Source: an uncultured Azospirillum sp.
GTDB lineage: Bacteria; Pseudomonadota; Alphaproteobacteria; RF32; CAG-239
Length of the DNA stretch: 64,000 nucleotides
Assembly: GCA_900538765.1 (NCBI GenBank)
Contig: UQAB01000004.1
Location: forward strand, 2,350-66,349
Direction: 5' to 3'
This document shows positions 17,741 to 25,820 of the stretch, piece by piece; position 1 is the stretch's first letter; the number at the start of each line of letters is the position of its first letter. Both the position numbers and the translations under genes were made by a program. The notes beneath the pieces were generated by a model that worked only from the letters and a program-made list of their open reading frames with translations, was not told the origin of the DNA and made no database searches.

Positions 17741-18403
17741 ATGTCTTATGCCTTATGCGGTTTTGTCTGGGGATTGTTTATTCCTTATATTGCCAGGCGT
17801 TTTGCAAAATTTATGCCGGCAACGTTTGCTTATGCTCTGTTTGACATTTGCCATTGTCGTTTTTCATTACAGACGAAGGGAAAAGAGAAGTTTTTGCGTT
17901 TGCGGGCAACACTTCGTTGGCGCAGTTTTATGTATGCTTTGGCCGCGGCGGTAATTTTTTATGCGCTGGCTTTGAGAAATCCCGGTTTTGATGCGGCAGG
18001 GCTTGCAATTTTTGCCGGGGTATCGCTGCTGCTTGTGGAGATTGACAGCCGTTTGCTGTTGTTGCCGGATATAATAACTTATCCGCTGCTCATTCTGGGG
18101 TTTGGCTTTGCCTGTTTCGGCGGCGGTATCTTGCCGGTTGAGAGTTTTATCGGCGCGGCGGCCGGGTATATTTTGCCGACGGTAGCAGCAATGTTTCTGG
18201 TTTGGAAGCACAAAGACGCTTTCGGCGGCGGTGATGTTAAGTATCTGGCCGTTATCGGCGCCTGGCTGGGGTTGGAAAAACTGTTATATGTCATTATTGG
18301 TGCGTGTATTATTTTTGCCGTTTATGCGCTGGCGGCCCGCAAAAGGGCGGGGGCTTTCGGTCCGGCTTTGGCTTTGGCGGCAATCTGTGCGGCTTTTATA
18401 TAA
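17741..18403 (+). CDS. A24-family prepilin peptidase-like aspartic protease (no N-terminal methyltransferase or Zn domain)
   Basis: Two catalytic-Asp contexts, VEIDSRLLLLPD and FGGGDVKYLAVIGAWLG. Polytopic membrane protein. Confidence 0.75.
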   Translation: MSYALCGFVWGLFIPYIARRFAKFMPATFAYALFDICHCRFSLQTKGKEKFLRLRATLRWRSFMYALAAAVIFYALALRNPGFDAAGLAIFAGVSLLLVEIDSRLLLLPDIITYPLLILGFGFACFGGGILPVESFIGAAAGYILPTVAAMFLVWKHKDAFGGGDVKYLAVIGAWLGLEKLLYVIIGACIIFAVYALAARKRAGAFGPALALAAICAAFI

Positions 18404-18415
18404 AGGATAAAAAAG

Positions 18416-19150
18416 ATGAAAGTTTGGGATAATCTAAAAAAATCACTCAATCAGGACAAAAGAAAAGTCAAAAAGCTGGTCGAAGGGCGTAATTTTGATA
18501 TGATGATTATGTCGCTGATTTTGTTTGACGCTGTGATTATGGGACTGATGACAACGACCCTGTTCGGCGCGTATGACTGGATTTTGTTTATTCTTGACAG
18601 ATTATGTATGGCGATTTTTATTGCCGAAATGCTGATGAAAGTTTGGGCTTACGGAAAGAAGTTCTTTAAAAACGGTTGGAATCTGTTTGATTTTATTATC
18701 GTGGCGATTTCCTCTTTGCCGGCGGTCAGCTTCTTTATTGTTTTGAGAACGTTCCGCCTGTTTTTGGTTTTGCGTTATATTAACCGTTTTAAGCGTTTGC
18801 GGCAGGTGATTGTCATTTTTATAGAACTGATTCCGAGTTTCTTGGCCATGCTGTTGATTTTTGCCGTGTTCTTTTATGTTTTTGCGATTATGGCGGTCAG
18901 TCTGTTTGGCGATACTTATGTTGAATTTTCGACGCTTGGGGCTTCTTCATTTACATTGCTGCAACTGTTTACGCTGGATGGCTGGGCGGTGGATATTGCC
19001 CGACCGGTTATGCGGGAGTTTCCGTACGCGTGGATTTTCTTCGTTTCCTTTATTTTTATCTCGTTTTTGATGGTTATCAGCTTTATCATGAGCGCGGTTA
19101 CGGAAATCTTCCGCAAAATGATGGGGCTGCTGCCGAAGTGTAAGATATAA
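18416..19150 (+). CDS. voltage-gated ion channel, BacNav/NaChBac-like single 6-TM domain
   Basis: S1-S6 topology. S4 LRTFRLFLVLRYINRFKRLR. Pore FTLLQLFTLDGWAVDIARPVM aligns with NavAb FTLFQVMTLESWSMGIVRPVM. Confidence 0.8.
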   Translation: MKVWDNLKKSLNQDKRKVKKLVEGRNFDMMIMSLILFDAVIMGLMTTTLFGAYDWILFILDRLCMAIFIAEMLMKVWAYGKKFFKNGWNLFDFIIVAISSLPAVSFFIVLRTFRLFLVLRYINRFKRLRQVIVIFIELIPSFLAMLLIFAVFFYVFAIMAVSLFGDTYVEFSTLGASSFTLLQLFTLDGWAVDIARPVMREFPYAWIFFVSFIFISFLMVISFIMSAVTEIFRKMMGLLPKCKI

Positions 19151-19188
19151 AAACTTTTAATTTTTTTGAAATTAATCTTGATTTGATG

Positions 19189-19226
19189 AAATTTAATTCC
19201 TAACTATGGTGTTAGGAATTAAATTT
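19189..19226. promoter_or_regulatory. perfect 16-bp inverted repeat (6-nt spacer) immediately upstream of the groES SD
   Basis: AAATTTAATTCCTAAC (19189-19204) TATGGT GTTAGGAATTAAATTT (19211-19226). SD AGGAG at 19230-34, ATG at 19245. Confidence 0.5.
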
Positions 19227-19244
19227 ATGAGGAGTTAGTTGAAA

Positions 19245-19535
19245 ATGAAAATTAAACCTTTGCATGACAGAGTGTTGATTAAACGTGTTGAAGCAACAAC
19301 CAAAACAGCCGGTGGAATTATTATTCCGGATACCGCTAAGGAAAAACCAAGCGAGGGTATTATTGAGGCTGTCGGCAACGGTTTCAGAGCCGAAGACGGC
19401 AAGATTGTTCCGATGAGCGTCAAAGAAGGCGACAAGGTTTTGTTTGCCAAATGGGCCGGCACGGAAGTTAAAGTTAACGGTGAAGACCGGGTTATCCTGA
19501 AAGAATCGGATATTCTCGGTGTTATTGAAGAATAA
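19245..19535 (+). CDS. groES: co-chaperonin GroES
   Basis: [16 protein letters not shown]...[13 protein letters not shown]. The listed ORF starts at TTG 19239; ATG 19245 with the SD is preferred. Confidence 0.97.
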   Translation: MKIKPLHDRVLIKRVEATTKTAGGIIIPDTAKEKPSEGIIEAVGNGFRAEDGKIVPMSVKEGDKVLFAKWAGTEVKVNGEDRVILKESDILGVIEE

Positions 19536-19557
19536 TTAAATGTTACAAGGGAAGTAA

Positions 19558-21219
<1,662 letters not shown>

Positions 21220-21242
21220 CCAAAACCTGGTTTTTAGGAAAA

Positions 21243-21276
21243 GGTTCGTGTTTTTACACGGGCCTTTTTCTTTTTT
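21243..21276 (+). terminator. groESL intrinsic terminator
   Basis: GGTTCGTG 21243-50 / CACGGGCC 21257-64 (two G-T pairs), followed by TTTTTCTTTTTT. Confidence 0.65.
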
Positions 21277-21392
21277 ATTGTAAAAGCCTAACCATTTGTA
21301 AAATAATTAAATTGAAAAAAATATATATTTTTTTGATTTTTTTGCTTGCAATTATTTTTTTTTATGGTAATTATTTCTTTGTTCTAAATGAT

Positions 21393-21467
21393 GCGGGTAT
21401 AGCTCAGGGGTAGAGCGCAACCTTGCCAAGGTTGATGTCGTGGGTCCGAATCCCATTGCCCGCTCCA
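21393..21467 (+). tRNA. tRNA-Gly (anticodon GCC), CCA encoded
   Basis: Acceptor GCGGGTA/TGCCCGC. D-loop AGCTCAGGGGTAGAGC. Anticodon loop TTGCCAA. T-loop GGTCCGAATCC. 3' TCCA. Confidence 0.95.
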
Positions 21468-21472
21468 ATTCC

Positions 21473-21502
21473 AGGCCTTGTTTTACAAGGCCTTTTTCTT
21501 TT
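21473..21502 (+). terminator. terminator after tRNA-Gly
   Basis: AGGCCTTG 21473-80 / CAAGGCCT 21486-93, then TTTTCTTTT. Confidence 0.75.
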
Positions 21503-21608
21503 AAATTAGTTCATAAGTTTTTGTCGTAAAAAAACGCTGCGATTGCTTGTTTAATTTTCTTTATTGAAAATTATATTTAACTAAGTGATACTTTTACGGA
21601 GATGAAAA

Positions 21609-22118
21609 ATGAAATGGCTTTATGCGGCTTATGAAAAAGTTAAAGGCTGGTTTATTAAGGAGAAAACTTTAATAGACCATTGGTTTGAAACGGACGAGCG
21701 CCTGCGTTTTGGCATTTTGGCTTCTCTAAACATGGCTTTTCGTTATGTTTTGTTTGTTGTTTTGGGCATTGTTTTTAAAACGCTTCATTATCAGCTGGTT
21801 TTGCTTATGATGTGGTTGTTTTCTTCTGTTGTGGCGTTTTATTCTTATAAGATTTTGGTGTTTGGGACGAGCGGAAACCATGTACGGGAGTATGCGAAGA
21901 GCGTTTTAATCTGGTCAGTCAGTTATGTTATAAATGCCGGAATATTGTCTTTGTTGGTCGGGCGGCTTCATTTGAATATCTATTTGTCGCAGGCGGTGGC
22001 AATCAGTGTGTTGTTTATTCTTAATTATCTTTTGTTTAAACATTTTGCCTTTCGTCAGGCGCAGGAATTGTCACGCTGGGAAAAATTTTTGGAAGTGTTT
22101 GATATTTTTCGTAAATAG
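21609..22118 (+). CDS. GtrA-like family membrane protein
   Basis: Four TM helices with an LRFGILASLNMAFRYVLFVVL start and an LNYLLFKHFAFR end, typical of GtrA-like proteins. The gene is AT-richer than flanking core genes. Confidence 0.55.
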   Translation: MKWLYAAYEKVKGWFIKEKTLIDHWFETDERLRFGILASLNMAFRYVLFVVLGIVFKTLHYQLVLLMMWLFSSVVAFYSYKILVFGTSGNHVREYAKSVLIWSVSYVINAGILSLLVGRLHLNIYLSQAVAISVLFILNYLLFKHFAFRQAQELSRWEKFLEVFDIFRK

Positions 22119-22160
22119 TTGTAGCATACTTCCGTATATTACCAGTAAACGGAGATAAGT

Positions 22161-22634
22161 ATGAAGCATATTATGCCGATGATGTGGATGCCTTTTAAGA
22201 AGCTGCTGTCCGGTTCAAAAAAGGTGGAGGTTCGTTTGTATACCGAAAAATGCCAAAAGATTCGGCCGAATGATGTTATTGAGTTTGAGTGCAAAGAGCT
22301 TAATGATCGCACGTTGTGTCTGGTAAAAGGTTTTTTGGTTTTTGATACGGTTGAAACGATGGTTGAGTTGTTGCCGCCGGAAGTTTTTGGATATGATAAT
22401 CGTGAGGAAATCCGAGTCCGACTTAACAGGATATTTAGCTATGAAGAACAGCATAAGTATGGTGTTATCGGGATAATTATTGATTGTTTTGACACCAGGG
22501 TACGTGATCATGCCATGGACAGTAAGGAAAATTCCCGAGAAGAGAATGCTGTTGATAAGAGTGCCAGGGACGATAAAGAGCAGGTTCGGATGATGAAAGA
22601 AGAAATTTTGGAAAAAAGCGGTCGGGATATTTAA
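22161..22634 (+). CDS. ASCH domain protein with charged C-terminal tail
   Basis: The pattern SGSKKVEVRLYTEKCQKIRPNDVIEF resembles the ASCH beta-barrel N-terminus (K-x-x-E-x-R ... GD-x-I). Confidence 0.55.
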   Translation: MKHIMPMMWMPFKKLLSGSKKVEVRLYTEKCQKIRPNDVIEFECKELNDRTLCLVKGFLVFDTVETMVELLPPEVFGYDNREEIRVRLNRIFSYEEQHKYGVIGIIIDCFDTRVRDHAMDSKENSREENAVDKSARDDKEQVRMMKEEILEKSGRDI

Positions 22635-22682
22635 ATTAATGCTTGTAATCTTGTTTAAAAGATTTTATTAACAATATGTATT

Positions 22683-22772
22683 GGAGAGATGGCAGAGTGG
22701 TCGAATGCGGTTGACTCGAAATCAATTGTGCGTGTAAGCGTACCGGGGGTTCAAATCCCTCTCTCTCCGCCA
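22683..22772 (+). tRNA. tRNA-Ser (anticodon CGA), long variable arm, CCA encoded
   Basis: Acceptor GGAGAGA/TCTCTCC. Anticodon stem GTTGA/TCAAT with loop CTCGAAA. Variable arm TGTGCGTGTAAGCGTACC. T-loop GGGGTTCAAATCCC. 3' GCCA. Confidence 0.95.
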
Positions 22773-22784
22773 TTTTAATTAAAA

Positions 22785-22810
22785 AGACGCTGGATTGCAG
22801 CGTCTTTTTT
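22785..22810 (+). terminator. terminator after tRNA-Ser
   Basis: AGACGCTG 22785-92 / CAGCGTCT 22798-805, then a T run. Confidence 0.8.
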
Positions 22811-22962
22811 CGTATCCCGCGGAAACACGGGCTTTGCTGGCGATTGACATTGCTGAAATGACTATGGTAAGCTTATTTTATATTGGAAAGTGCAAAATTT
22901 AAGACAGTTACATACTTTGCCAATTTTTGGGAAGTCACTTCATTTGTTACTTGAGGGAAAAA

Positions 22963-23577
22963 ATGAAAGAGTGGATAGAAAGTTCTTTAGGCTATAACCG
23001 TTTTAGTCCTGAATTTTTAAGGCAATTAACTGAGCATGGTGCTAATAAAGTAGGTAATTATTATAATAAATATACCAAACAATATGAGGAAATATATTAC
23101 AATGTATTTGTAATATTAGATAAAATTAAAAAGCTTGAAGAAAATGCTTTTAATAAAAATATCTATAAGCCTTTAAGAAATTTTGGTATAGATAATCTAT
23201 TTCATATACATCATGTCCAGGCCTCTCATATTGCTTTAAATTGTATTAATGAGTTGAAAAAAAGAGCTGGTTCTTTAAAAATGTCTGAAGATGAATATGA
23301 AAAGCTCGTGTATGATACTTTATTTCTTTATTATTATGTAATAGAGAAATTTGATGAAAATAAGGCAAATCAATATGCTCTTGGAAGGATGGGGCAAATT
23401 TTTACAGATGATGGATATCTAAAGCGTCATGAGGAAAAAAGACTTACAGGTGATTGGATTGTGTTATATCGAAAAGATAATCAAAACTATTATCTAACTC
23501 TGGCACGACATGAAGAGCCTGATGAGCAGATAAAAGAAAGAGTGGTCGAAGCGTTAAATTCTTTTTCTTTTAATTAA
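22963..23577 (+). CDS. hypothetical protein (204 aa from ATG 22963), islet orphan
   Basis: SD-like GAGGGA precedes ATG 22963 (the listed ORF begins at TTG 22927). Very AT-rich, no TM. C-terminus GDWIVLYRKDNQNYYLTLARHEE. Confidence 0.5.
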   Translation: MKEWIESSLGYNRFSPEFLRQLTEHGANKVGNYYNKYTKQYEEIYYNVFVILDKIKKLEENAFNKNIYKPLRNFGIDNLFHIHHVQASHIALNCINELKKRAGSLKMSEDEYEKLVYDTLFLYYYVIEKFDENKANQYALGRMGQIFTDDGYLKRHEEKRLTGDWIVLYRKDNQNYYLTLARHEEPDEQIKERVVEALNSFSFN

Positions 23578-24343
23578 ATACTTCTTTTTCCTGTTCTTCA
23601 AAGCTCAGGTTTTTAGAGGCGACATCGGAGAGGGTTTGCAGGTTGATGATTAAGGTGCCGTTGAGGAGCTGATTGACGAGTTTGGGAGATAGATAAGCGA
23701 GGTTTAGGTATTTGTAAATTGTACGCTTGGTCATTTTCTCCTGTTTCATGATGTCTTCCATCCGGATGCCTTTTTCATATAGTTTCTTAAATTTCCATGC
23801 ATAGGCAAAGGCTCTGACGATGAGGTGGTTGTTGTCATTAACACTCATCAGTCCGACCTTTCCGGCGTTATAAACGTTGCTTGACAGCCCGCGGTTGATG
23901 ACCACCTGTTTTTCGTAGATAATTTGGTTGTTGGCATTATCAGCAATAAATTCCAGCGAGTTGTTGTTTTCGTTTAGCGAATCGCCGGTATAGGCCGAGA
24001 GGATTATCGGATCGGTATTAAAGAAGAAGGTCAGGCGATCTTTTTGATAGATGATTTTGTTAATGAAGTTGCGGATAAAATTGCGTTGTGCAAAATAGTC
24101 CATATCGTTGAAGTTTATAAGTTTTAAAGCCATGGCGCTGTCTTTGTTCAGCCCGTTAAGATTGCTGTTCAGAATTTCAATTATGGCATCTTTGGCGAGC
24201 TTATCAATTTGCTCCGTGGGTAGGAACAAACCCTTAATAGAATAGTAATGTCGTTTGGTAGCTTTCTTTTTGCTGTTAGCCTGATTGGTAAAAATGGTGC
24301 CGTTGGCATCAAACAATTTCCCTGTCAACAGGTTATTTTCCAT
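23570..24343 (-). pseudogene. 5'-truncated large serine recombinase remnant (C-terminal ~257 aa only)
   Basis: LLTGKLFDANGTIFT...KRHYYSIKG resembles the LLxGLLFDxxGxxMxPxHxxKxGxRYRYYVS segment of alphaproteobacterial large serine recombinases. The C-terminal YLSPKLVNQLLNGTLIINLQTLSD resembles their LAPDIVEAILDGRQP tail. There is no resolvase catalytic domain and only ~270 bp of non-coding DNA upstream. Confidence 0.55.
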
Positions 24344-24614
24344 TTAAAGACAGGCCATATTGTTGTTAATTTTAAATTCCCTGATAATTTTGAGCACGAT
24401 GCTTTCGTAAGGGAATCAATTCAAGGATTTTAAGATGGTATATTGGGTAGAAACAAGGTGAATTTCCCTGTAGATTCCCTGTTATTGCAGTGAGGCGATG
24501 ATGCATTTGTGATTCCGAGATAGAAAAGATTTATGGTCATCGGTGCAAAATGTTTGTAAGTTGCTGACAATTTATTTATTGTTATGATAAATTTATCTTA
24601 GAAAAATAAAAGAT

Positions 24615-25031
24615 ATGTTTGAAAGTGAAATTCTAATGTTTGATAAATTTTTTAAGAAATCTTTGAAAAGAAATTTGAATAATGACTTTTTACCAGCGGT
24701 AGATGGAGGAGGGTACCAAATAAAAGTTCCTTATGAATATCCATTTTCAATGTCTGATAAGAATTTGTTGGCCAGTATTCAAAAATTGGAAATAAATTAT
24801 AATGAAATTTATAGAGCTACGAATCTAACTCTTTATATTAATAAGGGAGAGTATCAAAACGGAATAGTTTCGAAGATTGAAGATGTTGAACATCTAATCA
24901 GCATAGGAAAAAATGAACTTTCACGAAGAACGAATGATCTTATTTTGAAAAAATCTTTGATTATTTCAAAATGGACTTTAGCTATAGCCATTGCGTCTAT
25001 GATAGTTGCAATAATTTCTATATGTAGATAG
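24615..25031 (+). CDS. hypothetical tail-anchored membrane protein (138 aa), islet orphan
   Basis: AT-rich ORF with a single C-terminal TM (WTLAIAIASMIVAIISI). No family recognised. Confidence 0.45.
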   Translation: MFESEILMFDKFFKKSLKRNLNNDFLPAVDGGGYQIKVPYEYPFSMSDKNLLASIQKLEINYNEIYRATNLTLYINKGEYQNGIVSKIEDVEHLISIGKNELSRRTNDLILKKSLIISKWTLAIAIASMIVAIISICR

Positions 25032-25082
25032 AATTGCTCTTTCGTATGCTCAATACCGTTGAGTTTTACTACACCGCCAATT

Positions 25083-25116
25083 AAAAAATCCCGTTCATTT
25101 ATGAGCGGGATTTTTT
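25083..25116. terminator. bidirectional terminator
   Basis: An A6 run, ATCCCGTTCAT / ATGAGCGGGAT (one G-T pair), then a T6 run. Confidence 0.7.
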
Positions 25117-25123
25117 GCTGAGA

Positions 25124-25155
25124 GAGGGAATTCAGCTTCGAGGGAATCTCGCTTC
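25124..25155 (+). repeat. tandem 16-mer x2 containing AGGGAAT
   Basis: GAGGGAATTCAGCTTC (25124-39) and GAGGGAATCTCGCTTC (25140-55), 13/16 identical. Confidence 0.7.
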
Positions 25156-25201
25156 ATTTGACGGGATTATGGTTTGGGCATCTAATTTCGCGCCAGTTAA
25201 T

Positions 25202-25633
25202 CTATCCTTCATTAAAAAGGCGGTTTCTTTCTTCTCTGAGGCGTTTGTTGGCGGAGGCGATATCCAGGCTGCCTTTTTTGACGGCTTCTTCGTAAAGCTT
25301 GATTTTATAGTTGATTTTTTCCATGTGTTTTTGGAGTTGGGCAATTTGTTCTTCAATATGTGTTTTTTGCGCCCGGAACATATCCAAGCGGTTTTGCAGA
25401 GTTGAATCGCCTTCAATGAACCAGTCGATGTATTGTTTGATGCCTTTCAATGGCATACCGGTTTCTTTCAGGCATTCAATCATTGCCAGCCAGCCGAGAT
25501 CGCTGTCTGAAAAGATTCTCAAGCCGGAACCGCTTTTTTTGACAAAAGGCAGCAGCCCTTCCTTTTCATAATAACGCAATGTGTGTGTCGACAGACCGGT
25601 TTTCTGTGCAACTTGTCCGATAGAATATCCCAT
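25202..25633 (-). CDS. MerR family transcriptional regulator
   Basis: MGYSIGQVAQKTGLSTHTLRYYEKEGLL HTH plus a coiled-coil dimerisation helix. A strong SD AAGGAGGAA precedes ATG 25633. The longer ORF start at 25666 has no SD. Confidence 0.9.
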   Translation of the reverse strand: MGYSIGQVAQKTGLSTHTLRYYEKEGLLPFVKKSGSGLRIFSDSDLGWLAMIECLKETGMPLKGIKQYIDWFIEGDSTLQNRLDMFRAQKTHIEEQIAQLQKHMEKINYKIKLYEEAVKKGSLDIASANKRLREERNRLFNEG

Positions 25634-25697
25634 GGTTTCTTTCCTCCTTAGGCATACGCTAAGCACAAATTATATCGCTTGTCAATCTTATTTTAAC

Positions 25698-25713
25698 TTA
25701 GAGCTAACTCTAA
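25698..25713. promoter_or_regulatory. MerR-type operator copy 1 (imperfect palindrome)
   Basis: TTAGAGCTAACTCTAA. It is part of a 21-nt direct repeat (ACTTAGAG[C/T]TAACTCTAAAAT) shared with 25750-25770. Confidence 0.6.
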
Positions 25714-25746
25714 AATAAAAAAGTTTTTAAAATTGCAAAATAATGC

Positions 25747-25777
25747 TTGACTTAGAGTTAACTCTAAAATTTATGAT
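25747..25777 (+). promoter_or_regulatory. MerR-type promoter: -35 TTGACT, 19-bp spacer holding a perfect 16-bp palindrome, -10 TATGAT
   Basis: TTGACT 25747-52, TTAGAGTTAACTCTAA 25752-67, TATGAT 25772-77. The spacer 25753-71 is 19 nt. The promoter lies 44 nt upstream of ATG 25821. Confidence 0.7.
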
Positions 25778-25820
25778 GTGCTTAAATTCGAATCATGTCA
25801 TAAAAGAACAGGAGAAATAA

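Larger units (their letters stand above)
22808..25047. mobile_element. degenerate AT-rich islet next to tRNA-Ser (remnant of an integrative element?)
   Basis: It starts right after the tRNA-Ser terminator. It contains a 5'-truncated serine recombinase remnant and two orphan genes. Spot G+C counts are 9/60 (23101-23160) and 18/60 (24721-24780), against 37/60 in lepA (47581-47640). The 8-mer TTTCGTAT occurs at both edges (22808-15 and 25040-47). Confidence 0.4.

Noticed and set aside
19151-19244. Looked for a CIRCE/HrcA operator (TTAGCACTC-N9-GAGTGCTAA) upstream of groES.
   Set aside because: No match to either half-site is present. Only the unrelated AT-rich 16-bp dyad is found, and that is reported as a finding.
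25117-25135. The reverse complement CTGAATTCCCTCTCTCAGC resembles the tRNA-Ser 3' end (TTCAAATCCCTCTCTCTCC, 22752-22768). This raised the possibility of an attR copy of the tRNA end.
   Set aside because: The similarity is short (~12 nt with an indel). It is also in inverted rather than direct orientation relative to the tRNA, which is incompatible with an attL/attR pair. It is more simply part of the AGGGAAT repeat cluster.
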